From NCBI GenBank assembly GCA_048938445.1, contig JBHLME010000010.1:1-47097 (forward strand): DNA of 47,097 nt, in the 5' to 3' direction. The stretch is from Promethearchaeota archaeon (GTDB taxonomy: Archaea > Asgardarchaeota > Lokiarchaeia > Sigyniarchaeales > SOKP01). Below the pieces are notes generated by a model. It was given only the letters and a program-made list of their open reading frames with translations. It was not told where the DNA came from and did no database searches. Below, piece after piece: positions 18,440 to 29,030 of this stretch. The position numbers and the translations under genes were made by a program. The stretch's first letter is position 1. The number at the start of each line of letters is the position of its first letter.

Positions 18440-20731
18440 TTAATTTTTCTTTAGAACCGGTGATTCTTGAGTTTTTAAAATGGGTAAGGTAAAGAAAAAT
18501 TTAGATCCCTTATTTCTTCCATGAGATTCCGCCCACATTTTTCCACCATGCAACTTGATGATTTTTTTTGAATTATACAAGCCCAAACCCAAACCATCGA
18601 TCCCTACATCCCATTCTTTCCCATATCTTTCAATTTTACCAAATCTTCTAAATAATTGCTTGCTTTCATCTATAGTTATTCCAATTCCATTATCTTCGAC
18701 TGAAATTATATAATATCCTTCTTCAATACTAGATTTTACTTTAATTAAACCATTTGGAGGGGTATATTTTATCGCATTTATAATTAGATGTGAAATGACT
18801 TTATAAATATCTTCTTTTATAATTTCGACATTAATGTTTTCAGCGATATCAACGATTATTTTCAAATTTCTGGCTTTTGCTAAACCCTGAAGTTCATTAA
18901 CACAAAAATTAATTAAGAATGAAAGATTTTGCTTAGTTTTTTTAATACTGATACCATTAGATTTTAATTGTGAAGTTTTTAAGAGGTTATTTACTATTAA
19001 TGCTAATCTATTAGCCCCTTCATTTATTTCCTTCAAAATAGATAGGACTTCATCATCAAATTTATCTGCATGTAAGTCTAATAAAAGATCTGCAAATCCT
19101 TTTATAGAAATTAGGGGTGTATTTAGTTCATGTGATGTTCTTTTAATCAATTCAGATTTTAAATTGCTGACTTCTCTTAATTCTTGTTCAGTTTGTTTTT
19201 TATCGGAGATATCTATTATGGTGATCAGTATTGCATGTTTTTCTTGATACATTATGGGTTTTGCAGATATTTCTATCCATTTTTCATCTCCCTTCCCTGT
19301 TTTTATTTTAAAAGGGAAACTTTCTATTGATTTAATATTACCATTAATAAAATTATCTATTAAGCTTAAAAATAAATTATAATCTTGAGAATTAAGGAGA
19401 CTGCGATAATCATTACATGTCCAATTCCTTCTTATATCGAAAGTATAACCCAGAATTAAATCAATGGCTTTATTTGCGTATTTCACTTTATTATCTTGTA
19501 GTATGGCAACTCCAATTTCCGTTTCTTCAGCAATAGTTCGAAATTTTTCTTCAGATTCTCTTAATTTTTGTTCTGCTTTTCTGTGTTCTGAAATATCAAT
19601 TGTGGTTGAAATTAAATATGGTTCATTATTAAGATTTATAATTTCTGCTGATAGGAGCATCAATAATCTCTCTCCCGATTTGGTAACTGCTTCCGCTTCA
19701 AAATTTTTAATTCGACCTTGTTCCTTCAATATTCTTACCATTTCACGTCTTTGTTCAGGATTTGCCCAAATATTTAATTCTGAGGTTGTTTTTCCAATAA
19801 GTTCATCTATATCATAACCTAAAACTTGTTTAAAGGCATCGTTAGCATTAATAAATCGACCTTCATTTAAACTTACTATCGACATTAAATGAGGACTAGA
19901 CTGGAAAGCTTTTGATAGTTTTTCTTCAGATTCTCTTAAACTTTGTTCAGCTTTTTTTTTTTTGGTAATATCTTGAATTATTGCTTGAAAGTAATCTTGT
20001 TCTCCAACTTTTATGAAGGATATTGACGATTTAATAATTGAGATATTTCCATCTTTTTTTTTTATTTTCAATTCTAATGGTTCTAAATCATGCTTTTTAG
20101 TTATATTTTGAAACCTCTCTTTTAATGTATGAACATTGTCCTCCGAATAAAAAGGTAAATCCAAATAGTTTTGACCAATTAATTCCTTAATAGAATAACC
20201 AAAAATTCTCTCAGTGACAGAATTACACTCAATAATTTTTCCTGTAAGATCAAGCAATATAATAGCATTTGAGGACTTTTCAAATATATTTCTATATTTC
20301 TCTTCAGATTCTCTTAATTTTTGTTCTGTCTTTTTTCTTGCTGTAATATTTTCTCCAGAGCTCAAAGTTCCAATAATATTTCCATTCTCATCATGTAATA
20401 ATGTATTGTGCCAAGCAATTAGTTTTTCTGTTCCATTTTTGGTAATTATGGTATTTTCATGAAATTCTTCAGATTCAACCAAACCTCGCATAATTGTGCC
20501 AAAAACTTTCTTAACTTCTTCTCTATTGTGTTCAGGAAGGCATGTATCAAACCAATTCTTACCCAATAGTTCTCCTTCTTCATATTCAAGAATTTCATGA
20601 CCTTTTTTATTTAATAACATTATATTTCCATTTCTATCAAGAGCTAACAATACAACTCCCGCAATATCTAGATATTGTTTTTCATTTCTTACTTCCAATA
20701 ACCCTTGATCAAGCTCATTCAAAATTACCAA
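18440..20731 (-). CDS. Soluble sensor histidine kinase with four PAS domains
   Basis: Four PAS/PAC repeats ending (D/N)I(T/S); H box SHELNTPL, N box NAIKY, DNGIG and GLGLGL G boxes; no TM. Confidence 0.92.
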   Translation of the reverse strand: MVILNELDQGLLEVRNEKQYLDIAGVVLLALDRNGNIMLLNKKGHEILEYEEGELLGKNWFDTCLPEHNREEVKKVFGTIMRGLVESEEFHENTIITKNGTEKLIAWHNTLLHDENGNIIGTLSSGENITARKKTEQKLRESEEKYRNIFEKSSNAIILLDLTGKIIECNSVTERIFGYSIKELIGQNYLDLPFYSEDNVHTLKERFQNITKKHDLEPLELKIKKKDGNISIIKSSISFIKVGEQDYFQAIIQDITKKKKAEQSLRESEEKLSKAFQSSPHLMSIVSLNEGRFINANDAFKQVLGYDIDELIGKTTSELNIWANPEQRREMVRILKEQGRIKNFEAEAVTKSGERLLMLLSAEIINLNNEPYLISTTIDISEHRKAEQKLRESEEKFRTIAEETEIGVAILQDNKVKYANKAIDLILGYTFDIRRNWTCNDYRSLLNSQDYNLFLSLIDNFINGNIKSIESFPFKIKTGKGDEKWIEISAKPIMYQEKHAILITIIDISDKKQTEQELREVSNLKSELIKRTSHELNTPLISIKGFADLLLDLHADKFDDEVLSILKEINEGANRLALIVNNLLKTSQLKSNGISIKKTKQNLSFLINFCVNELQGLAKARNLKIIVDIAENINVEIIKEDIYKVISHLIINAIKYTPPNGLIKVKSSIEEGYYIISVEDNGIGITIDESKQLFRRFGKIERYGKEWDVGIDGLGLGLYNSKKIIKLHGGKMWAESHGRNKGSKFFFTLPILKTQESPVLKKN
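19548..20328. repeat. 28-bp direct repeat encoding the inter-PAS linker (19548-19575, 20301-20328 exact; 19923-19950 with 3 mismatches)
   Basis: TCTTCAGATTCTCTTAATTTTTGTTCTG read at both positions; encodes EQKLRESE. Confidence 0.8.
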
Positions 20732-20878
20732 ACCCTTGCATTTTTACAATTGTAATTTTGGTTCAGGTTTAAGGTATGATCCTTAGACAGCATAAACATA
20801 TAAGTTAAGTTTCTATTTAATTGTTACATTTTTAACTTAAATACCTGTTTGGATAAAAGAATTTAATGAGTATGGGTA

Positions 20879-21475
20879 ATGAAAAAAGCAATTATTCTTC
20901 AAAAAATTGGAATTATCGATAAAGGAGTCATAATAGATCTTAGAAATGATCTAAAAAAATATTTTAAAGAATATATTAAAACTATTGAGTATACTGACAA
21001 TTCAATGCTATTGGATGAAAGTTTCTACAACTCGAAAGAAAAGAAGTATGATGGAACAGAAATACTTAAAACATTAAAAAATGTGTATGATAAAAGTGAA
21101 TTTTTAAGTGTATTAGGATTAATAGATGAAGATATAAAATCTAAAGAAAGAAAATATATATATGGTATAACAAAATCCAAAAACCAATTTTATACAATGA
21201 AAAATGAGTTTTTTAATAAACCTGGGTTGGCAATTGTTTCAGTTTTCCGTTTAAGAGAGAGTTTTTACTCTAGATCTGAAGATAAATCTTTATTTAGAAA
21301 AAGAGTATTAAAAGTAGCTATTCATGAATTAGGACATTCTTTTGGATTAAAAAAATGTAAAAATGAATGTGTAATGCATTGTAAAAGAAGTTTAGCGGGT
21401 GTTGATAGGAAAACTATGAATTTTTGCGAAAAATGTCAAAATTATTTAAGAGATTTATTTTCTAATTTAAATTAG
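20879..21475 (+). CDS. amzA: Archaemetzincin-family zinc protease (variant active site)
   Basis: HELGHSFGLKKCKNECVM...FCEKC: HEXXH plus Cys4 zinc finger and Met-turn. Confidence 0.8.
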   Translation: MKKAIILQKIGIIDKGVIIDLRNDLKKYFKEYIKTIEYTDNSMLLDESFYNSKEKKYDGTEILKTLKNVYDKSEFLSVLGLIDEDIKSKERKYIYGITKSKNQFYTMKNEFFNKPGLAIVSVFRLRESFYSRSEDKSLFRKRVLKVAIHELGHSFGLKKCKNECVMHCKRSLAGVDRKTMNFCEKCQNYLRDLFSNLN

Positions 21476-21491
21476 AATTATATTTTAAATA

Positions 21492-23360
21492 TTATTCTGC
21501 TTGCGGAATTAATATCGTGAAATTCGTTCCTTTTGAATGATCTCCTTTTACTCTATCTTCAATCCAAATCTGCCCATAGTAACTTTCTATTGCTTTTTTT
21601 ACAAGAGATAATCCTACACCCATCCCTTTAGAAAGAATATCCTTTTTATACTCTCGAACAAAAATTCTTGCTTTCTTATTATCAGGGATCCCTATTCCAT
21701 TATCAATTAACTCTATCTTAATAAATTTTAAACCTTCTGATTTAAACTTGGATAATTTAATCTTGATCTCGATAATTTCATTATTGTTATACTTAATTGA
21801 ATTAATTATGATGTTTTCAAATACGTCCAATAACAAGCTATTTGCTAAAACAAAAAAATCCTCATTTTTACTCTCAATAGCTATCAGAATTTCTCTATTT
21901 TTATAACTCTTTTTGATATATTTAATAGATTCATCTAAGATATCATTAATTTTTAAAACTTCAATGGTCATATCTTGATCTTCAAATTCTGAAAGTTTTT
22001 GAATATTAGTAATTAATTTTCCCCCTCTTAGAACTTGATCTTTTATTAATTCATACATCTCATCTAATTTTTTTTTATTTTCTTGAAAATCATCAATTAA
22101 TTGGATGGCCGAACCAATATTGTTTAATATATTATTGAAATCATGTGCCACTATTTCTTTTAAAAAAGTGACTCGATTAAAAGCTTTCCTATACTCCTCC
22201 TCTGATTGTTCTAATCTTTGTTCTGCTTCCTTACGATCAGTAATGTCATGAAAAATATTTAAAACTGCTATTTCTCCTTTGTATATTATAGGTTTGGAAA
22301 AAATTTCAGTCCATTTTATTTCTCCACTTTTATTAATTATTCTCAGAATTAAATCAAATATGAGATTTTCTTTTTTCCTTTCTCTGAATTCCACAAATAC
22401 ATTCAACAAATTAGGCAAATCTTCTGGATGGACCAATTTATTTAAATCTTTTGTTTCCCAAGAATTCATTTCATCCCATGAATATCCAAATATTTCAAGA
22501 GTTTTATCATTTGCATATTTTATTCCATTTTGAATGATAAATATTCCCATTAATGATTGTTCACTTATGCTCCTGAATATTTCTTCGGATTGTTTTAGTT
22601 TTTGTTCTGTCATTTTCTTTCTTGAAATATCTCTTAATGAAGCAATAAAACCTATTATATTTCCTTCATCATCATAATAATTCTTTGAAGAGCTGGATAG
22701 CCATACATAATGACCGTTCATGTGGCGTGCTCTAAACTCTATGTCATCAAAAATATTTTCCATGTTTTCTGAGAGATTTTTAATTGCATTTTTGAAAAGA
22801 ATCATTATTTGTTTGAAATCATCTGGATGAATTAAATTAAAAATCTCTTTCATTATAATATCTTCGGGCATTCCTAATATTTTGGTTAGCTGAGGTGAAA
22901 TATTAATTTTATTTCCTTCAAGAAGAAATACAATTATCGCATCTTTAGTATTTTCTACGATATCTCTGTATCTCTTCTCCGATTCAAATAATTTTTTTTC
23001 GGATTCTTTATGCTGTGTAATATCAATAGCCAATTCTAATCTAACTTTCTTCTCGGCCTTCCAATCTATCGCTTGATCTATGCAATGATACCATCTTTTA
23101 ACATTTTCATTATAATGTTCCCATATATAAGGTGAGATTGGATATTCACCAAATAATTTATCATTTGTACAAAAAGAACACGGAGAATCTAAATTTTGGA
23201 GAACTTTATAACATTTCTTTCCAATTATATTGTTTGAAAATACTTCATGTACTTTCTCATTTGCATATATTATTTCATAGGTTTCGGGATCAGAGATATA
23301 GACTATTTGATCCATTTTATCAAAAATGCCCTTAAATTTGATATCGATAGAGTTATTCAT
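21492..23360 (-). CDS. Soluble sensor histidine kinase with three PAS domains
   Basis: PAS repeats; H box AHDFNN, NSIKY, DNGIG, GMGVGL. Confidence 0.92.
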   Translation of the reverse strand: MNNSIDIKFKGIFDKMDQIVYISDPETYEIIYANEKVHEVFSNNIIGKKCYKVLQNLDSPCSFCTNDKLFGEYPISPYIWEHYNENVKRWYHCIDQAIDWKAEKKVRLELAIDITQHKESEKKLFESEKRYRDIVENTKDAIIVFLLEGNKINISPQLTKILGMPEDIIMKEIFNLIHPDDFKQIMILFKNAIKNLSENMENIFDDIEFRARHMNGHYVWLSSSSKNYYDDEGNIIGFIASLRDISRKKMTEQKLKQSEEIFRSISEQSLMGIFIIQNGIKYANDKTLEIFGYSWDEMNSWETKDLNKLVHPEDLPNLLNVFVEFRERKKENLIFDLILRIINKSGEIKWTEIFSKPIIYKGEIAVLNIFHDITDRKEAEQRLEQSEEEYRKAFNRVTFLKEIVAHDFNNILNNIGSAIQLIDDFQENKKKLDEMYELIKDQVLRGGKLITNIQKLSEFEDQDMTIEVLKINDILDESIKYIKKSYKNREILIAIESKNEDFFVLANSLLLDVFENIIINSIKYNNNEIIEIKIKLSKFKSEGLKFIKIELIDNGIGIPDNKKARIFVREYKKDILSKGMGVGLSLVKKAIESYYGQIWIEDRVKGDHSKGTNFTILIPQAE

Positions 23361-23497
23361 GATTTATAGAAGTATTAAAAAATTCGAATTTATAACAAGC
23401 TAAACAAATATTTGTTCCAAATTGTTAGAAAAACAAGTTATATTTATTTTTTCAGAAATCGATAAATCGATCAATAATGACATATTAATCATAGTTC

Positions 23498-24520
23498 CTA
23501 GAAAGGTTTTTTAATCAAATACCTGTTGAGGAAAGTAATACAGAGTTCCTCACCAATCTTCATGATTCTCTTATTGTTTCTTACTAATTTAACTAATTCA
23601 TCTGGTATATTTTCTAATCCGTGATAAGCACCAGCTAAACTACCTCCTATCGCTCCAACTGTATCACTATCACCACCTGCCGTTGAAAGTTCAAATATAC
23701 AATCCTTAAATGAATTTAACCTTTTTAAAAAAATGAAGATTGAGCATGCAACAGTACTCATTGCAAAAGGATGGACGAATGCTTTTCCTATGTAATCTTC
23801 AATAAAATAAGGAGACTTTACACCTGCTTGTGAAAATTTTATTAAACCCGCGTCAATTGATAAATGAAGATTGTTTTTAACCTTGGTTAATACTTTACTA
23901 AATTCTTTCCAATGACGATCTTGTGATCCTGATATAGATGAGATTATTACATTAAAAAAATCATTTATAGAAAATCCAATTTTAGGTTCTTGGAAAATTA
24001 AATAAGAAATAGCCCGAGCAATAAGAATTGCACCAGCAGATGCCGCTGGATGAGAATGAGTTATTTCGCTAGAAATTTTAGATGCTTTAATCAATCCTTC
24101 AAGATCTCGACAATAAAACAATCCAATTGGGGCGATTCGCATTATTGTTCCGTTTCCTCCAGAATTAGAGGCCGCTTCTTTCCATTCTATACCATATTTT
24201 AATTTATTAATAGCACTCAAGCAACCATAACCTGGACCTATTGGTGGATCATCAAGCCATAAGATAAATTCGTTAATAAAATTGTTTAGATTAAATCCAT
24301 TACCTCGAATTAAAGCCTGTGCGGTATGAAGTGTCAACTGTGTATCATCTGTATATGTCTTAAATAATTTTCTATGATTTTCAATATAGTTTTCAAAATT
24401 GTCAAATTTAGATTGAATTTCTTCTCTAAGTATTCCTTCAAAAGGATGACCAAGGGTATCTCCAATTCCGACTCCCATTAAAGAGCCTTTAAATTTATCT
24501 AAGTAATTAATTTTCATCAT
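23498..24520 (-). CDS. ADP-ribosylglycohydrolase (DraG/ARH family)
   Basis: GDTLG, YTDDT, GNGTIMRIAP, SEITH and GGDSDTVGAI motifs. Confidence 0.92.
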   Translation of the reverse strand: MMKINYLDKFKGSLMGVGIGDTLGHPFEGILREEIQSKFDNFENYIENHRKLFKTYTDDTQLTLHTAQALIRGNGFNLNNFINEFILWLDDPPIGPGYGCLSAINKLKYGIEWKEAASNSGGNGTIMRIAPIGLFYCRDLEGLIKASKISSEITHSHPAASAGAILIARAISYLIFQEPKIGFSINDFFNVIISSISGSQDRHWKEFSKVLTKVKNNLHLSIDAGLIKFSQAGVKSPYFIEDYIGKAFVHPFAMSTVACSIFIFLKRLNSFKDCIFELSTAGGDSDTVGAIGGSLAGAYHGLENIPDELVKLVRNNKRIMKIGEELCITFLNRYLIKKPF

Positions 24521-24567
24521 TATTTTAGATTATATTAATTTCTCAAAAATTTAAAAGGATTACGTAT

Positions 24568-24930
24568 TCAAAAAGAGATAATTTCCTTGATTTTATTTAC
24601 TAAACGTTCAAGTGAAAAGGGTTTATCAATAAATCCCACTGAACCAATTGCTATAGCTTCTTCATGAACTGTTTTATCAGCACTAGCAAATATTATTTTT
24701 TGGCTGGTATGAATCTTTAAAATTTCTTTTGTAGCTTCAATTCCATTCTTTACTGGCATTCGATGATCCATTAGAATGATATCGGGTTTATCATTAAAAA
24801 CTTTAAACATCTCAACTGCTTCAGCACCATTATTTGCTATACCTATGACGGAAAATCCAACTAAATCTAAAATTTTCTTATATAACAGTTGAATACTCTT
24901 ATCATCTTCTACAATGAATACAGTCGTCAT
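24568..24930 (-). CDS. Single-domain response regulator (receiver only)
   Basis: IVEDD, ILMDHRMP, FASA, DKPF; ATG at 24930 gives the normal receiver start. Confidence 0.92.
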   Translation of the reverse strand: MTTVFIVEDDKSIQLLYKKILDLVGFSVIGIANNGAEAVEMFKVFNDKPDIILMDHRMPVKNGIEATKEILKIHTSQKIIFASADKTVHEEAIAIGSVGFIDKPFSLERLVNKIKEIISF

Positions 24931-25170
24931 GACGAAAATTTCTTCTCCCACAGCATTAGATTGAATGATATACTAGACTAAATATTAATCATCAATTCAG
25001 TTTTTAAATTTCTTATTTAAATCAAGTTTATTGTTACTTTATAAAAATATTGCTTCCCTATACCACTTTTATAAAAATATGTTTATTTAATATTTACTAA
25101 AAATATTATTTTTTTTAATATAAAATAATTCACTAATGTTGAAATCTTTTGTATATGCAATAAAAACACT

Positions 25171-25560
25171 TTAAGATGCAATTTTCGGCACATCATACAT
25201 CGTGTTTGATAATTTGTCAATTTCACTTACTAATTGGTGATAGGAAAAGGGTTTTTTTAGGAACTTTTTGGCTCCTTGTTTTAACACTTCATCCTCAACA
25301 GTTAAATCTCCACTAATTATGATAATTCGCGCATTATTATCGATTTCAAGGATTTCCTTAGTGGTTTCTACCCCATTTTTCATTGGCATTCGATAATCCA
25401 TTATAACGACATCAGGTTTTATTGAAAATAATTGATATTGTGCAATAGCATCAATACCAGATGATACTTTACCAACTACTTGAAATCCATTATTCTCAAG
25501 TATTTTTTCATATAGTTCTTGTAAAGTTGGATCATTTTCAATGATAAAGACTGATGTCAT
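25171..25560 (-). CDS. Single-domain response regulator (receiver only), tandem paralog
   Basis: IIEND, VIMDYRMP, IISG, KKPF; ATG at 25560. Confidence 0.9.
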   Translation of the reverse strand: MTSVFIIENDPTLQELYEKILENNGFQVVGKVSSGIDAIAQYQLFSIKPDVVIMDYRMPMKNGVETTKEILEIDNNARIIIISGDLTVEDEVLKQGAKKFLKKPFSYHQLVSEIDKLSNTMYDVPKIAS

Positions 25561-25783
25561 TCTATTTTCCTTGTTAAATTGCTCAAAAAAAGAATTAATT
25601 GTACAAATCAATAATAAAAACAAGTTTATTTAAGTTTTTTTTTTTGCCATTCATATTATTTTTTTACCACAAATCATTAATAAAACAAAATGCAATAATC
25701 AGCGAAAATTCTTAAATAAGGAAAAAATAAATTTTAAAAATTCTTAGAATTATTATTTAAGAGGAATTTATATAGATGATATT

Positions 25784-27037
25784 ATGAGTAAATTAGGACC
25801 TAAAAAAGAGCAATATGATAAAATATTATTACTTTACAGTGGAGGACTTGATACTTCCTGCATGTTAAAATGGCTTCAAGATACTTACAACGCTAAAGTG
25901 TATACTTTTACGGCAGATTTAGGACAAGAATTTGCTGATGTAAATCGATTTAAAGAAATCGAGGAAAAAGCCTATAAATTAGGTGCCGTAAAGCATTTTA
26001 CAGTGGATGTAAAAAATATTTTTGTAAAGGATTATATTTTCCCTACAATAAAAGCCAACGGTTTGTATCAAGGAATATACCCCTTGAGTACAGCAGTAGG
26101 GAGACCTCTCATAATGATTGAGGGTGTAAAAATTGCACAACAAGAAAAAATTTCTGCTATTGCTCATGGTTGCACGGGAAAAGGAAATGATCAAATTCGA
26201 TTCAATATTACTGCAAAAGCATATGCGCCAGAGATTGAAGTCTTACAACCAATGATTGAATGGAATATGGGGCGAGATGAGGAAATAAAGTTTGCAAAAA
26301 TGCACGGAATTCCCATTTCAAATCAAAACAAGAAATATAGTACTGATGAAAATCTTTTCGGAAGAAGTGCAGAATGTGATATATTAGAGCGTCCAGAAAT
26401 TGAGCCTCCTGAAGATTCTCGAGAATGGACTGTTGCTCCAGAAAAGGCTCCTGATACACCTGAATATGTTTTCGTGAATTTTGAAGAAGGAGTTCCAGTA
26501 GGATTAAATGGTGAAAAAATGAATGGTGTGGAATTAATTGGCAAATTACACGAAATTGGCTGTAAACATGGAGTGGGTAGGATAGAGCATATGGAGGATA
26601 GAGCAATTGGATTGAAATCAAGGGAAACTTATGAGGTTCCTGCGGCTTTAATATTAATAAAAGCTCATAAAGACCTTGAAAAATATGTATGTACCAAACA
26701 TGAGAATTCCTTTAAAACCATTGTTGATCAGAGATGGACCGAACTAGCATATGAAGGGCTTTGGATAGATCCTTTAAGAGATGCATTAGAGGCATTCATA
26801 AATGAAATAAATCAAAAAGTTACTGGAAGTGTTAAAATCAAGTTGTTCAAAGGAAGTGCTGAAGTAGTAGCTCGAGAGTCTCCATATGGTTTATATGATT
26901 TAAATTTAGCAACATACGAAACCAAAAGCACGTTCGACCAAAGATTAAGTTATGGCTTTATACCTATCTGGGGAAAGCAAAGTGAGATGGGATTCCTCAT
27001 TAAAAAGAAGGTTAAGGGAAACAAGAAAGAAAAGTAA
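25784..27037 (+). CDS. argG: Argininosuccinate synthase
   Basis: LYSGGLDTS, HGCTGKGNDQIRF, STDENL, GLKSRETYE. Confidence 0.97.
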   Translation: MSKLGPKKEQYDKILLLYSGGLDTSCMLKWLQDTYNAKVYTFTADLGQEFADVNRFKEIEEKAYKLGAVKHFTVDVKNIFVKDYIFPTIKANGLYQGIYPLSTAVGRPLIMIEGVKIAQQEKISAIAHGCTGKGNDQIRFNITAKAYAPEIEVLQPMIEWNMGRDEEIKFAKMHGIPISNQNKKYSTDENLFGRSAECDILERPEIEPPEDSREWTVAPEKAPDTPEYVFVNFEEGVPVGLNGEKMNGVELIGKLHEIGCKHGVGRIEHMEDRAIGLKSRETYEVPAALILIKAHKDLEKYVCTKHENSFKTIVDQRWTELAYEGLWIDPLRDALEAFINEINQKVTGSVKIKLFKGSAEVVARESPYGLYDLNLATYETKSTFDQRLSYGFIPIWGKQSEMGFLIKKKVKGNKKEK

Positions 27038-27200
27038 AATACATTTATTTTATTCATTTTATCAAATTTTAATTTGTTATAAAAAGTTAAGTAAAAATTT
27101 TATTCTATATATATTTACTACCTTTACCATAAAAATTAAAAAGAAATGTATTATATGATTCTTTAATTAAATGATAACAAGAAATTAAAATATAAGTATC

Positions 27201-28109
27201 ATGTCGAAATATGCAAAAGTAGATAAATTAAAAAATGTAATCACGGCAATGATTACTCCTTTTAAAGAAGATATGTCTCTCGACGAAGAAAAATATCGAG
27301 AATTCATAAAATTTCAGATCGATAATGGTTGTCAACCATTAACAATGGGATCAACAGGAGAAAGTGCGACTCTTTCTCATGAAGAACATCATAAGGCTAT
27401 GGAAATAACAGTGGATGAGGCTAAAAAAAGTGGAAAAGATCCTTTTGTGCTTGCTGGTGCGGGTAGTAATGCCACATATGAGTCAATTTCCTTATGCCAA
27501 CATGCTGAAAAAATTGGTGCTGATGGATTATTAGTCGTTGTACCATATTATAATAAACCAATGCAACATTCATTAATAGAACATTATACTGCAATTGCAG
27601 ATTCAGTCTCATTACCTATAATCTTATATAATGTGCCAAGCCGTACGGTTAGAAATTTAGATGTAGAAACTGTCATTACCTTGGCAAACAAAAAAGATAA
27701 TATTGTGGGAATTAAAGAAGCTAGTGGTAATATCGACCAAATTACTAGAATTATAAATGGATGCCCCGATGATTTTATTGTCTTAAGCGGTGATGATTCT
27801 TTAACATACCATATAATGGCATTAGGAGGAAAAGGTGTCATAAGTGTCGCCTCAAATATTATTCCGGCAAAATTAATGGAATTTACAAGCGCAATGGAAA
27901 ACGATGAATGGTTAAAAGCGAGAAGGATGCAACTTGAATTGTATGAACTTTTCAACGTATTATTTATAGAAACTAATCCCGGACCAGTTAAATATGCCGC
28001 GGAATTAATGGGAATCATGAATAAAAGGTTAAGGTTGCCCCTCACACCTCCATTAGAAGGTAATCAAGCTAAAATAAAAAATGCATTAAATAAATTAAAA
28101 TTAATATAA
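27201..28109 (+). CDS. dapA: 4-hydroxy-tetrahydrodipicolinate synthase
   Basis: GSTGES, VPYYNKP, LYNVPSRT, GIKEA, NPGPVK. Confidence 0.95.
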   Translation: MSKYAKVDKLKNVITAMITPFKEDMSLDEEKYREFIKFQIDNGCQPLTMGSTGESATLSHEEHHKAMEITVDEAKKSGKDPFVLAGAGSNATYESISLCQHAEKIGADGLLVVVPYYNKPMQHSLIEHYTAIADSVSLPIILYNVPSRTVRNLDVETVITLANKKDNIVGIKEASGNIDQITRIINGCPDDFIVLSGDDSLTYHIMALGGKGVISVASNIIPAKLMEFTSAMENDEWLKARRMQLELYELFNVLFIETNPGPVKYAAELMGIMNKRLRLPLTPPLEGNQAKIKNALNKLKLI

Positions 28110-28135
28110 TTTTTTTTAAAATTACTACTTGAGGG

Positions 28136-28963
28136 ATGAATTTGATAAAATTATTGATTTTAGGACCAACTGGATCGATGGGTAGATTGATATGCAAGTT
28201 AGCATTAGACGATGAAGAAATAGATGTCGTTGCTGCATGTGATATAAGTAATATTGGCGAAGAATTAGGTATTTTTGTTGGTTCAAAGGATCCGAACCAA
28301 GTTATAATACGCGATGTCAATGAACTTCAAGACGTGATAAACGAGGTTAAACCCGACGTAGCAGTTGATTTTACCATTGCACATGCTGCTGAAAAAAATT
28401 GCATAATATGTGTAAAAAACGGTATACGATGTGTTATTGGCACGACCGCATTATCTCAAGAATTTTTGGATGAATTTAGTAAATTGGTTAATGAAAAGAA
28501 CGCTCCTGCGGTCATTTCTTCAAATATGGCTAAGGGCGTTAATATTTTTTTCAGAATAGCAGGTATATTAGCAGACTATTTGAATGAATGGGATATTGAA
28601 ATAATTGAAGCCCACCATCATCGAAAAGTTGATGCTCCTAGTGGAACGGCAATGACGGTTGGGAGGGCGATAGCTAACGCAATTGGAAAGAAGTTTGACG
28701 ATATTGCAAAATTTGGAAGGGATAATGGGCCAAATAAAAGAGAAATAGGAGCCAAAAAAGAAATAGGCGTGCATGCAATACGAGCGGGGGATATAGTCGG
28801 GGATCATATTGTATTATACGCAGGACCTGGAGAACGTATTGAACTCAAGCATCAAGCACATAGTAGGGATTGCCTTGCCACTGGTTCGATCACGGCAATA
28901 AAATTCCTTGCTAATGCAGGAGAAAATAAAATTTATACGACTCAAGAAGTATTAAATTTATAA
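28136..28963 (+). CDS. dapB: 4-hydroxy-tetrahydrodipicolinate reductase
   Basis: GPTGSMG, VIGTT, EAHHHRKVDAPSGTA, RAGDIVGDH. Confidence 0.96.
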   Translation: MNLIKLLILGPTGSMGRLICKLALDDEEIDVVAACDISNIGEELGIFVGSKDPNQVIIRDVNELQDVINEVKPDVAVDFTIAHAAEKNCIICVKNGIRCVIGTTALSQEFLDEFSKLVNEKNAPAVISSNMAKGVNIFFRIAGILADYLNEWDIEIIEAHHHRKVDAPSGTAMTVGRAIANAIGKKFDDIAKFGRDNGPNKREIGAKKEIGVHAIRAGDIVGDHIVLYAGPGERIELKHQAHSRDCLATGSITAIKFLANAGENKIYTTQEVLNL

Positions 28964-29030
28964 CTTCATTTAATTTATGCTGAATAAACCTCTTTGTCCT
29001 GATCAATAGGATTTTTTCTAAATGGAAAGA

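Noticed and set aside
23403-23416. 14-bp palindrome AACAAATATTTGTT upstream of the kinase (similarly TATCGA-N5-TCGATA at 47032-47048)
   Set aside because: Low complexity, no linked regulator, plausible by chance
25036-25080. TTTATAAAAATAT repeated at 30-bp spacing between the two receiver genes
   Set aside because: Short, nearly all A/T, two copies; not a CRISPR array and could be chance or tandem TATA-like boxes
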